Shown: positions 47,604 to 59,980 of the stretch, in pieces
Numbering within the stretch: position 1 is the first letter of the stretch
How the letters are laid out: each line of letters starts with the position of its first letter
From: Heteronotia binoei
Taxonomy: Eukaryota
Direction: 5' to 3'
Length of the DNA: 64,000 nt
NCBI RefSeq assembly: GCF_032191835.1
Contig: NC_083237.1
Location: 8,680,001 to 8,744,000, forward strand
The notes under the pieces: generated by a model
Seen by the model: the letters and a program-made list of their open reading frames with translations, nothing else
Database searches by the model: none
Told to the model about the DNA's origin: nothing
Translations under genes and position numbers: made by a program

Positions 47604-49370
47604 ATTGGAACATAAGGTTATGGTTACTGAACTGGTTGATACATCAAGGCAGCCTTCTCAAACCTCAGCCTAAATAGGCTGGGAGCTAATCAGGCTTGGC
47701 TGAACTGCTGGAAAGCTTTGAGCTGCTGTAGCTGCACAGTGCTTTGGCCAAGATCCTCTGAAGAAGGATTGCTCTCAATGCATGGTTCTGGGATGGGGTT
47801 GCCCACAGGCACTCTGTTGTCTCATCTCTTTGTCCCAGATCTGCTGCTGCTAATCCTAAAGAGTGGGGATGGATGCCGGGGGGTTATTGGCCCAGGTTAG
47901 AGACCTATGCAGTGGAGACATGGTGCCTATCTCAGAGACCAGTGGCAAGGACTCACCTGCAGGTTCTAACAGGATTGCCTCTAGAACAACATCTGCTGTC
48001 ATGTTAGGCCCTCCCTTATCTGTCTGGCCCTCTTAAGCCAATGGCCTCAGTTCGTTGTGCTCTGAGACCATCACTGAGCTGCTTCAAAGGGGTCATAACA
48101 GCAGCACTGGATACAATGGGACATTTTATTCCAGTGTCAGAAGTTCCTCCTGTGTAGCTTCTGTCATCAGAGCACTATAGATCTGCAGATCTGATATGTG
48201 ACCTTCTTGAGGGTAGCAGGGAAAATATAAGTCTTTCCAGAGTTAAAAACACATTATCTTCTGCTTTGCGGTTATCACTTTCTTCCTTTTATCCCTTCAG
48301 TTATCATGATCTCAATGGCCCAGACTAGGCCTATTTTTTCAGACCTCAAAATCTAAGCAAGGGCGGCCACAGTTACTACTTGTATGGGAGACTACTAGAG
48401 AAATCCAGATTTGCAACACTTAGGAAGACAATTGCATGCCACCTCTATTCATCGCTTGCTTTGAAAAGCCCACTAGGGGTTGTCATAAGTCATCCAGGTC
48501 TTGACAACACTTCGTGTGTGAGAGAGAGAAAGCCATTCTCCATTATCTTCTCTGATCCAAAAGATAAACAAAAGAATGGATCAAACCCATTATCAGTTGT
48601 GCTGCTGGTCCATGTTGCATTTGGGAAACATTTTGGTTGTCTTTCCAATTATTTCAAATGTGCAGAGTCACTGGTCTTCTAGAAATCTCTGAGATATGAA
48701 CAGGCCTGACTATATAACTTTTCATCTTGGTTTTCCACAGTAATGGTGTTGGAGGCAACAGATATGGACCTTTATACACAGGGGTCTTCTGGATATGCAG
48801 TGTCCTTATAGGGAATGCTTCCTTTTTAGCTTGCTCTGTATTGTGACTTTTGTGATTTACATGGACCTTAGAGTCAGAACTAGGGAAGCTCATGCCATTC
48901 CTTCAGAGGTCATATCCAGCTCATGTATTCTGTATTAGATAGCCATGTCTAACAGCACATTCATTTGATGGCAGATCCTGACAACTCTTGCATTGAACTT
49001 TGGATTTCCTAAGGTTAGTTCTATCATTGAAAACGCTTAGCCAGAGGAGTATTTCCCAAAAATCCTGACTTTTTTTTTAGGTAATTATCCCCCTCTGCAA
49101 GTATCCTGGTGAGGTAATTATCCCTCCTGCAATTATCTCCCACTCCACATTAATCAATGTAATCTGTTCACCAACCCAAGCTGCAGTTCCTTTGCATAAT
49201 ATATCAGGAAATGCCTTTTTACCAGTCTGAATGATATAAACTCCTATGTCATTGAGAGGTGGGAGAAGTCATGCCAGGGTTCTGTTGATATGGCATTTCA
49301 TAGTCTACTTTGATAAACCAGGCTTCAAACTGTTGCACTGACAAATCCAGCAACTTCCCATACCAGGATT

Positions 49371-49582
49371 ATGAGGTTAATGCCGTTCCTTCTTCTGCTA
49401 CCACTTATCCCATGCAAAATAGGTAACAGAAAATTCTCGAAGGAAGAAGCCATTCCAGTTCCACATGAGTGGTATCAGGCAGGGCACCTCCTCATTGGTG
49501 GCATTGCATCTCAGATGGTTTATACTCTGCACACACCGCCTTTTGATCAACATCCTTCCGAGGACTTGTTTGATGATATAGT
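49371..49582 (+). CDS. Vmn2r: V2R gene 4 exon 1
   Basis: MRLMPFLLLLP...VPHEWYQAGHLLIGGIASQ; GTAAGA donor at 49583. Confidence 0.9.
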
Positions 49583-50018
49583 GTAAGATTTTTTTTTCAT
49601 ATCTTAAAGGTAGACATGTGGCATATGAAACAGATATCTTTTTCAGGTTTCGGAAGAAATACACTGTCTCCACAGCTTTCAGTATAACATACAATGATGT
49701 GGCCCAACAGGGGTTCCTGATTATGGTTTAATGACGAAGAACTAGCAAGATCATTAGACTTCTCCTTACTTCATTCTGTCACACTGTTCAGAGTATTCAG
49801 AAATGAAGTTTTCAGCATCAATGACCATCAAGAAAGATAGTGCAAACTTTTTTCTTTTCTTTGATGAGTTCATTTCTAGTATATTAAAATTCACAAGGAG
49901 ACCTCTGGCAGTTTAAAAACTAACAAACGGTGGGAAACACATCATAATTGTTATCTGGCTTCAAACACAAGTACTTTAGTAGTTCAGCAATGTCAACAAG
50001 GTACAGAAAGATACCATT

Positions 50019-50228
50019 GGGGAGGGACAGTGGCTCAGTGGTAGAGCATCTGCTTGGGAAGCAGAAGGTCCCAGGTTCAATCCCTGGCATCTCCAAAAAA
50101 GGGTCCAGGCAAATAGGTGTGAAAAACCTCAGCTTGAGACCCTGGAGAGCCGCAGCCAGTCTGAGTAGACATTACTGACTTTGATGGACCAAGGGTCTGA
50201 TTCAGTATAAGGCAGCTTCATATGTCCA
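50019..50228 (+). mobile_element. tRNA-derived SINE with CR1-like tail
   Basis: TGGCTCAGTGGTAGAGC A-box, GGTTCAATCCC B-box, tail GATGGACCAAGGGTCTGATTCAGTATAAGGCAGC. Confidence 0.85.
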
Positions 50229-50322
50229 TACGTCCATCACACATAGATCAGAAATTGCTATTATAACACTGCTTGGTTTAAGTAGAATTCTACTATTAAT
50301 GATTGTTTCACTCTCTTTTAAG

Positions 50323-50614
50323 TATGATGATTAAGTACTACCAACACAACCTAGCACTGGCATTTGCTGTAAATGAGATCAATGAGAATCCCCAGATATT
50401 GCCAAATGTCACCCTTGGATTCCACATTTATGACAGCTACTTTGATCTGAAAATGACTTCCCGTACCACTCTGGACCTGCTTTTCAAGTTGCGGAGATTT
50501 CTTCCTAATTACAAATGTGGCACCCAGAAAAATGTAATAGCTGTCCTTGGAGGACTTGATGCTGATATCTCCTTCCATATGGCAGATATCTTAGGACTCT
50601 ACAAAATTCCACAG
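50323..50614 (+). CDS. Vmn2r: V2R gene 4 exon 2
   Basis: 292 nt, [24 protein letters not shown]...YKIPQ. Confidence 0.95.
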
Positions 50615-50859
50615 GTATGATCTATGCATGGAATGTGGAGTGATTTCCCAAATTAAACCCTTTGAATTCAGGGAATGATACTGAGGAATAGGAGGAACAG
50701 TTTGATTGAGCTACTTCACACAAAACAAAAACAAATGAAATACTGGTTTAGCAAGGTTTTGCTAATACGTAGGGATTTCTTTCTGATTGTGAATATTGTA
50801 TGCAGAGGTGACCTCATATCAGGTTCATATGCTAGTTAAATATGATTGCATAAAGTTAT

Positions 50860-53145
50860 TTTATTTTATAACAGTTACAGAAATATTGGATTTGTTGCCT
50901 TTTAATAGAGATTAAGAGTTATGTTTGTCCTAACCTTGCTTCCCCCCCCATATATAACAAAATTTTACTATGCATAAAGTACTATGGTATATGTAACATT
51001 GTAGAACATCTTATTTCGCATTTAAGATAACATCCAATTTGCTAATTAATCAATCTATAGATAAATAAATAAATATCTTTTAAGGATAAATTAACTGAAT
51101 TGGGCTAGAATTTTGACTCTTAAACTAAGAATACTGCCTTGCTCCATCCCAAGCCAAACAAAAGAGAATATTTAAATACAAAGAGAAAGAAGGGATAGCA
51201 TAAGTTAGAAAGAATTATAGTGAGAGAAACTGAAGGTAGGTTGTGTTAATAGGTAAAATGTTTTTAGATTCAATATATTCCAGAAACGGAAGCCATTTTT
51301 CTTGGGGTAAATGTCAGTCAAGGAAAGTTGGGGTATGATTTTCTCCATTATTAAAATGTCCCAGATTTTTGTAAACCAGAGTTCAAGTGATGGTAAGGTG
51401 TTGGATTTCCATAGAGATGTTATAGCCGTTTTAGCAGCTGTAAGAAGACTTTCAATCAATTTGTGAGAAAGCTTTGGAATCTTCAAAGTTTGCCAATATT
51501 GTAAAAAAAAAAAGACTTCAGGAGAGTGTGGGATGTTGTAACCAGTAATGTGCTTAATGTGTTCAAGAATCTGCCTCCAGAAAGCTTCTATTAGTGGGCA
51601 TTGCCACCAGCAATGTGCAAATGTACCAATATTCCCAGAGCCTTTCCAACATAAGTTGGAATATAATGAGGAAATGAAGCAAGTCTTTTGAGGCTTAGGT
51701 ACCATCGGGTTAAAATCTTGAAGTTCTGCAGCTTCATATGACGAGATGATGAATTGGCCAAAGCAGATTTTCAAATTTCTGACCAGTGCTCTTCTGTAAG
51801 TTCTGTAACACAGTGCTCTTCAGTAAGTTCTGTAAGTTCTGTAACACAGTCACTGTTCCAAGATTGTTGATAGTGGAGTATCTTTGGTTTGGTATTAGTA
51901 AGCAATATTTTGTAGATTTGTGAAGTCAGATCTCGAAAGTCACAATCAGTCATATCTAGTAGTTTTTCAAAGGCTGTCTGAGGAGTCTGCAATACTGAAG
52001 AAAACTTGCTCTGTGAAGCTACATGTCGTAATTGAAAATAATAAAAAAAAACCCATGGGATTTTTACCTTTAACCGATGCTCAAGCATCTGTTTTGGAAG
52101 AAGTTCCTGCTTCGATGCCAATTCTTTTAATCTTGTGATTCTGGCTGGTCTCCACTTTGAGATGGGTATAGGATTTGAAGTTGAGGAAAACCAATTTTGT
52201 TGCAGAAATGTCGTATGTCTAGAGATTTTTGATAAGAGTTTACGCTACAATGAGTCCCATGTTTTGAGTAAAATGGAAAACAGTGGATTCTGATGTACTT
52301 TTCTAGGTCTTGATGAGGGAGACGACCAAAAGATTTCTGGGAAAGACATGGGATAGATCAATGGAAGTAAAGTTAGAGCCCAGTCTCCATAATCAATATT
52401 TCTAATAATCTTTACTGCAACTGAAAGTATAGCAGTTCTGTGGTAAAGTGTCAGATCCAGAAAATTCAAGCCTCCTTGAGTGTAGTGTAATCTTAAGGTT
52501 TTGAAGCCAGTCCTTGGCTTTTTGTGATGCCATAGAAACTCATTGAGAGCACTTTGTCATTGCTTCAGTGTAAACTAAGGTTTTGTAGACAATGGAGTGA
52601 AGACTGTGGATCTGTAACATACAGCAACATGTCATCGGGAAATATACTTAACTTGAATTCTTGATAATGAAATTTAACTCCTTTAATGCAGGCGTTATGA
52701 TGAATTTCACTTGCTAAAGAGTCTAAGTCCAAAGCAAACAATAAAGGTGATAAGGGGGAGTCTTGGTGCGTACCTCGTTGCAATTAAAAGGTTGTAGAAG
52801 TTACACCATTTACCTTGACATGTGCTGCGGGAGATGAATAAATGGAAGATATTGCTCTGATGAAGTTATCCCCAAAGTTCATATGCTGAAGTAAAGAAAG
52901 CAAGTAGGTTGTTCCCAGAGAATTGAAAGCTTTCTCTATGTCCAGGGAAAGCAACAGAGTTTCAGAGTTCTTTGTAAAACATGTAGAGATGATACTTATA
53001 GTTTTAAAAATTTTGTTCGTTAAATCACGGCCTGGCATAAAGCTGGATTGGTTAGGATGGATGTATTCAGCAATGAAGTCAAATGATAATAGAACTAAGC
53101 TGTGTAGAGAAAGTAGTACTATGCTACTCAAATGAGAATAGGTAG
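50860..53145 (-). mobile_element. Degenerate L1 ORF2 (RT to CCHC region), antisense in gene 4 intron 2
   Basis: QSSFMPGR, LSLDIEKAF, QDSPLSPLLF, CWKGSGNIGTFAHCWWQC motifs across several broken frames; 3' boundary approximate. Confidence 0.85.
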
Positions 53146-53301
53146 ATTACACGGTACAATTGATCATATTCAGATTCCTAATAATGGAAAATAATTAATT
53201 ATGAAAATTAATGAGATAGTTAATAAGCATAAATATTATATAAATACAATCAAGCTAATAAATAGTAGACGGTATCTATACAACAGAATTAATTGTAATA
53301 A

Positions 53302-56300
53302 CTAGAGCAGAGCGTTGTTCAGGGTGACCACTGTCTACTGTGTCAAGCATGGTTCTGATGTTCCAACACGCAAGCTTTATTCTTTGCACACTTTGTGAGG
53401 CAGGTGCATGCCTTTTCTTTGTTGTTATTTTTCGACCGCAAGTAAGGATGCCCGTTGACCGCGGCTAGCCAACTGGGGTGGGGGAGACGAGCTTTGTTTA
53501 GGCCACCTTTTCTAGGCCCCTCTCCGTGTGGAGCAAGCAGTGCTGTCCCTAGATAAGGCTGCTTGGTCGTTCAGGGTGCTGCCGAAAAATGCTTTCGTCT
53601 CCGGGTCAGCAACAGGCGACCAATACCCTAAACTGCCTACATGCAGGATCGGGACTGCAGCTTCCAGTGGCATCTTCTACCTGCCGTTTCGCCCCTTGCC
53701 CATCGCTGCAGGACTTTGTGTGTTGTGGGTTGTGGATGTGGATATGGATATTCCCTTCAGGCCTGCGCAGAGTAATTTTTAGGTGAAGCACAGTGTGCGC
53801 GGTACTGGCTCCACCCTTTCACCTTGGGGTCATCTGCCATGGCCCAGTAAGCCGGGACGCCGGCAGCGAATCCTCCAGGTGGTAGGTGTTACATTAACGA
53901 GCTCTATCTGCCTGGGTTTGATGTTAGAGTTTTCCTTCTCTTGGCTGGCGAGGTTGGTGAGCCCAGCCTGCCTATCCGGTTATACCGCCGGACATTCGGT
54001 CGCACCATGACGTGGCAAACTCTGTGAGAAATGGGGGGACCAGCGGGAAGGTGTTGCCACAGATGCAGTAATGCAGGAGAGGCCATTGCAGTGACCATCT
54101 GCCAGGCATAGTCGGACAGTGAACACGCGGCGTTCACTACACCGGGAAAGGAGAGGCTATGTATTGCGCATACACTTTCACTGTGGGGGCAGGATACCCA
54201 AGAGGGAGCCCACCCCTCCCCTCCCTGAATGACGCTCTGCTCTAGTTGCCCACGAACTTCTCAGGTTGAATATTGACATAACAGCTCTCAGTGATGTCCG
54301 TTTCCCCGAGGAAGGTAGTTTTCAAGAACATGGTGCTGGCTATACCCTCTACTGGTCGGGTAAGTCAAAGGCTGAGAGCCGCCTTTCTGTCGTTGGCTTC
54401 ATGGTCAGGAACTCCATTGCCTCCAAACTCGAAAACCTGCCAACAGGTCACTCAGATCGCATCATGTCCATGTGCCTCCCACTTCAAAACAAGCAGCATG
54501 CAACACTCTTCAGTGTGTATGCCCCAACCCTTCAAGCAGATCCTGCAGAAAAGAACAAGTTCTATGCTGATCTACGCAACCTCGTACGGAAGACCCCTAC
54601 AGAGGACAAGGTGACCATCCTTGGTGACTTTAATGCCAGAGTAGGTAAAGACTTGGAAGCCTGGAAAGGAGTACTTGGCAAACACGACATTGGCAACTGC
54701 AATGATAACGGGCGCCTCCTGCTAGAATTCTGCACGGAGCATCAGCTCACCATTACCAACACTATCTTTCAGCAGAAGAACAGACTGAAGACAACCTGGA
54801 TGCACCCACGGTCCAAGCACTGGCACCTTATCGACTACATTCTGGTGCGCCAGAGAGACCTTCGAGATGTCTTACACACCCGAGTAATGCCCAGTGCGGA
54901 ATGTCATACGGATCATCGTCTTGTACGCTGCAATCTCCGTCTTCACTTTAAACCCACACCCTGGAGAGGAGGTATCCCTTGGAGGAAGCTTCAGGTTGGC
55001 AGCCTTCAGTCAGCCGAAGTGAAAGCTGCCTTCCAGGCAAAACTCCAGTCAAGAATTGAGGATCCCAGTTGCCCCACAGACCCTTCTCCAGAAGCACTCT
55101 GGGAACACCTAAAAACTACCATCCTGTCGATCTCTGAAGAAGTCCTCGGGTTCTCCACAAGGAAGAACAAGGACTGGTTTGACGAGAACAATCAAGAGAT
55201 CCAAGAATTACTAGCGAAAAAGAGATCTGCCTACCAAGCACATCTTGCTCAGCCCTCCTGTCCCGGGAAAAAAGCAATCTTTCGCGCTGCATGTAGCAAC
55301 CTCCAGCGCAAGCTTCGAGACATTCAGAACGAGTGGTGGACCAAGCTTGCAGAGAGAACCCAGCTGTGTGCAGACACTGGTGATTTAAGAGGGTTCTACG
55401 AAGCCCTGAAGGCAGTATATGGCCCATCATATCAGGCTCAGAGTCCCTTGCATAGTGCAGACGGCCAAGTGCTCCTCACAGACAAGGCATCCATACTGAA
55501 CCGGTGGTCGGAGTATTTTCAGGATTTCCTTAGTGCCAACCGCATAGTTCAAGATTCAGCAATCCACCTCACCCCACTTCAACCAGTGAAAACAGAGTTG
55601 GATGAGATCTCCACCCTAGAAGAGATTGTTAAAGCCATCAAGCAACTGAAAAGTGGCAAGGCAGCGGGAGTTGATGGAATCCCACCAGAGATCTGGAAGC
55701 ATGGGGGCACAGTACTACATAGCACACTTCACAAAGTACTTGTCACCTGCTGGGAACAAGGCAAACTACCACAGGACTTTCACGATGCAATCATCATCAC
55801 TCTACACAAGAACAAAGGGGAAAAGTCAGACTGCTCCAACTACCGGGGGATAACCCTGCTCTCCATCGCAGGTAAAATCCTTGCCAGAATACTCCTGAAG
55901 AGACTGGTGCCCACCATTGCAGAAGAACTCCTCCCAGAGAACCAGTGCGGCTTCAGAGCTAGCAGGAGCACCACCGACATGGTATTTGTTCTCAGGCTCC
56001 AAGAGAAATGCAGGGAACAGAACAAGGGTCTATATGTGACTTTTGTCGACCTTACCAAAGCTTTCGATACCGTTAGCAGGAAAGGCCTGTGGCAAATCTT
56101 GGAACGCTTAGGATGTCCCCCAAGGTTCCTCAGCATGATCATCCAGCTACATGAAGACCAGCGAGGCCAAGTGAGACACTGCAACGGCCTCTCGGAGCCC
56201 TTCCCAATAGGCACAAGTGTAAAGCAAGGCTGCGTTCTCGTGCCAACTCTCTTTACAATCTTCTTTAGCATGATGCTTCAAAGAGCCGCAGTAGATCTAG

Positions 56301-57411
56301 ATGATGACGATGGTGTCTACATCCGCTATCGCACCGATGGCAGCCTGTTTAACCTGAGGCAACTAAAGGCTCACTCCAAGACAATGGAAAAACTTATCCG
56401 AGAGCTACTGTTTGCTGATGATGCTGCACTCGTCTCCCACTCGGTATCAGCTCTGCAGCATATGACGTCCTGCTTTGCAGAGGCTGCCAAGCTATTCGGC
56501 CTAGAAGTTAGTCTGAAGAATACAGAAGTTCTCTACCAGCCTGCACCCCAGGAAGATTATCACCCTCCCTGCATCACTGTGGGTGAATCAGTTCTGAAGA
56601 CAGTCCAGCAGTTCAGCTACCTGGGGTGCATCATCTCCTCAGATGCCAAGATCGACAAGGAGATTGACAACAGGCTGGCAAAGGCAAACCGTGCATTTGG
56701 CTGACTGCACAAAAGAGTGTGGAGCAACAAGCATCTGAAAAAAAGCACAAAGATCAATGTTTACAAAGCGGTTGTGATGACAACCCTCATCTACGGCTCT
56801 GAATCGTGGGTTTTATACCGTCATCACCTGCGACTCCTTGAGCGCTTTCATCAGCGCTGCCTTCGCACCATCCTCAACATGCACTGGAGTGACTTTGTGA
56901 CCAACACTGAAGTCCTCAAGAGGGCGGAGGTTACAAGCATCGAGGCACTGCTGTTGAAGACGCAGCTGCGCTGGGCAGGGCATATTTCTAGGATGGAAAA
57001 CCACCGCCTTCCCAAGATTGCTCTGTATGGCAAACTTTCCACCGGCCATCGAAATAGAGGGGCACCAAAGAAGAGGTACAAGGACTCCTTGAAGAAATCT
57101 CTTGGCACCTGTCTCATCAACCATCACCCGTGGTCTGACCTAGCCTCGGATCGCAAAGCATGGAGGCACACTATCCACCAGACTGTCTCTTCCTTTGAGA
57201 ATGCATGCATAGCTGGTCTTGAGGACAAAAGGAGATTGAGGAAGAATCGCACTGCTACAGCACCAACCCCAAATCAGACTTTTCCCTGCAGCCACTGTGG
57301 CCGGACCTGCCTGTCCCGCATTGGTCTTGTCAGCCACCAGCGAGCCTGCAGCAGACGTGGACTACTGCACCCTTCTTAAATCTTCGTTTGCGAAGTCAAG
57401 CCGAGAGAGAG
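53302..57411 (+). mobile_element. Full-length RTE-clade LINE with an inverted 5' segment (53302-54222)
   Basis: APE endonuclease (LGDFNARVG, IDYILVR, TDHRLV), RT (NQCGFR, FVDLTKAFD, FADD) and a C-terminal C2H2 finger; (GA)n tail; 11-bp TSD AATTGTAATAA. Confidence 0.95.
54246..57379 (+). pseudogene. RTE ORF (EN+RT), one premature TGA at 56702-56704; N-terminus displaced by the inversion
   Basis: ORFs 54266..56704 and 56717..57379 are in the same frame. Confidence 0.9.
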
Positions 57412-57626
57412 AATTGTAATAAATAATATAAATTTGATGAATTATCTAATCACAACTACCTATTAATCAATAATGCACTAAACACACTATAATCAGTTAC
57501 CAATAATCTCCCAATAATGTCAGCTGAAGTGGGAGTATGAGGATATTACATTAAATGCTATATGTAGACTTGGGGAAAGTTATTCAAAATTATGGAGAAA
57601 CTGTGGATCTGCACTGTAAAACTAAT

Positions 57627-58315
57627 AAATCCTTAGAGCATTAAGTTTCCTGAAATACAGCAACAGTATGTGTTTAACACCAACCTGGAATGTAATATTG
57701 CAATCACAAGATATATATATATATATATATATATAAAATAGAACTATATTCTAAATATATCTGTCTCTAAGCATTTTTTTTCTTATTTTCTTTTTTTATA
57801 TTGGATCAGTCTAAAAGTAATGAATATAAAAGGATGCAATTGGAACTGTAATACTGTATAGTAAACCCCACCCCCCAAAAAACTTTGACTGTTTCACACA
57901 CAAATTCACACAAGTTTAAAGAAGTGTGACAACAATAAGACACAGTATAACAAGTAAATCCTTAGAGTATTATAGAAATTTCCTGAAATATAGCAACAGT
58001 ATGTGTTTAACAACAACCTGGAATGTAATACTGCAATCACTATATATAAGTCAAAGTTATAAGAAAAAAAAATGCTTATATTATATATATATTGTGATTA
58101 CATTCCAGGTTATATATATAACACAGAACTATATTTTAAATATATTTGACTCTAAGCATTTTTTTTCTTATTTTCTCTTTCTTTCTCTTAGATCAGTCTA
58201 AAATTAATGTAAAAGGATGTAATTGAAACTGTAGTACTGTATGTTTAAAAAAACCCTTAAAACTATTTCAAACACAGATTCACACAAGTTTAAAGAACTG
58301 TAACAACAGTAAGGC
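57627..58315. repeat. Diverged two-copy tandem duplication (~330-360 bp units), AT-rich
   Basis: AAATCCTTAGAG...CAACCTGGAATGTAAT...CACACAAGTTTAAAGAA at 57627 and 57956. Confidence 0.8.
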
Positions 58316-58900
58316 TGGACGCTAAGGCAGACTGTTCAACATGCTGTCAGAAATCAATGTAAACACACACACACACTCCAACTCACTAACTGGCTAGAAA
58401 GGAGCAACTGAAACAACGTCTCGCCCCCCCTCCAATAGTTCAGTTTAGGGTGCAAAGATATTTGAATTAACTAATTTAAATAATAATTCTTATATAATAA
58501 ATTAGTTCAGATTCTCTAAGTGGATGTGGAAGCCTTTTTGCACATTTTTAATATGAAAAACTTCTAAATCTTTCTTTTCTATGAAAAGTTTCCAGGAACT
58601 GTACAATGTTCACATTCATTGGAAAGAAAAACAGGCACAAGTGTCAAAGATCTGGACACCAGTGTTGCAATAGACCAGTGGAGGAGAGTTCCTCCAAAAT
58701 ATATTGCTTTCCAACAGTGAAATATGTGACTTTTGAGAAGAGAAAACCTTGAAGCAAAGGAAGTGCCTTTGTTAAAAGGAAACTTTTGATCCAGTTAATG
58801 AAGTTTTTTTTTCTTCATGCCAGCAAATTCATTCAGTAAATGCAGCAAGCATACAGCCATATATAGTCTCCTAATTTCTCTTCCTCAACATTTCTTGTAG

Positions 58901-59740
58901 ATCACATATGGCTCATTTTTCTTGGATGTGACAGAAGTTCCTTCCATGTACCGCATGGTCCCCAATGAAACTCAGCAGTGTATGGGAATTACCCAATTAC
59001 TAATCCATTTTGGATGGACATGGGTTGGCCTCCTTGCTGCCAATGATGATGGTGGAGAACATTTCTTGAAGACCCTTGAACCACTGCTTTTCCAAAATGG
59101 AATCTGTTCTGCTTTCACAGTGAGAATAGTCAATCAAGGAAAATGGGATTCCTGGGAGGACATTCTTAACTTAGGCAAAGATGTATTTCGACCTTTTGAA
59201 GAAAGAAAAGTCAACGTGCTTATCCTCTATGGAGGATCTTTAACCATTCTCTCACTGAATACGCTGATATTTTTAGGATATTCTGCTTTTGGGGAAAATA
59301 TTCCATTGAGCAAAGTGTGGATTTTGACAGCTCAAGTTGATTTCATGTTATCTGCAGCTCAAAGGAATTGGGGTTTTGATATGTTCCATGGTGCTATATC
59401 TTTCACTATTCACTCAAATGAGGTTCCACAATTCAAGAAATATCTTCATGGCATAAAACCACACCAGGAAAAGCAAAATGGTTTTATCAATGAATTCTGG
59501 GAGCAAGCATTTGATTGTTCCTTTTCAAATCTCCATGGGCCAATGGAGGTCAATAATATATGCACTGGAGATGAGAAACTGGAGAGTCTTCCTGGGCTTC
59601 TTTTTGAAGCGCGAATGACTGGTCATAGCTATAGTGTCTATAGTGCTGTCTATGCCATAGCATTTGTTTTGAACACCATGATTACATCTAATCCCATGAC
59701 TGGCAAAAATGTTAGACTCCAAGATCTCCAGCCTTGGCAG
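58901..59740 (+). CDS. Vmn2r: V2R gene 4 exon 3
   Basis: 840 nt, ITYGSFFLDVTE...LQDLQPWQ. Confidence 0.95.
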
Positions 59741-59980
59741 GTAATGTTCCTGTAATCAAATAGGTTTACTATTCTTTGCACATTAGCCTAAGGTGTTAAC
59801 CATAGCCAATGCAAAACTGGATAAATGGTGTTACAGTCTTGATGGTTTTCTCTGTATTTGGTCCTAAAGAACATACAGAATGTTCTGTCACACACACTAG
59901 CATCTGTTACATGGGAATGTACCCAGCAAAGAAATTGGATTCAGAATTTCATTGTGTGGACATCAATACTTGTTGGTTTC

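Noticed and set aside
50019-50095. tRNA gene
   Set aside because: The tRNA-like head runs straight into a SINE body and CR1-like tail, and the acceptor stem is not intact.
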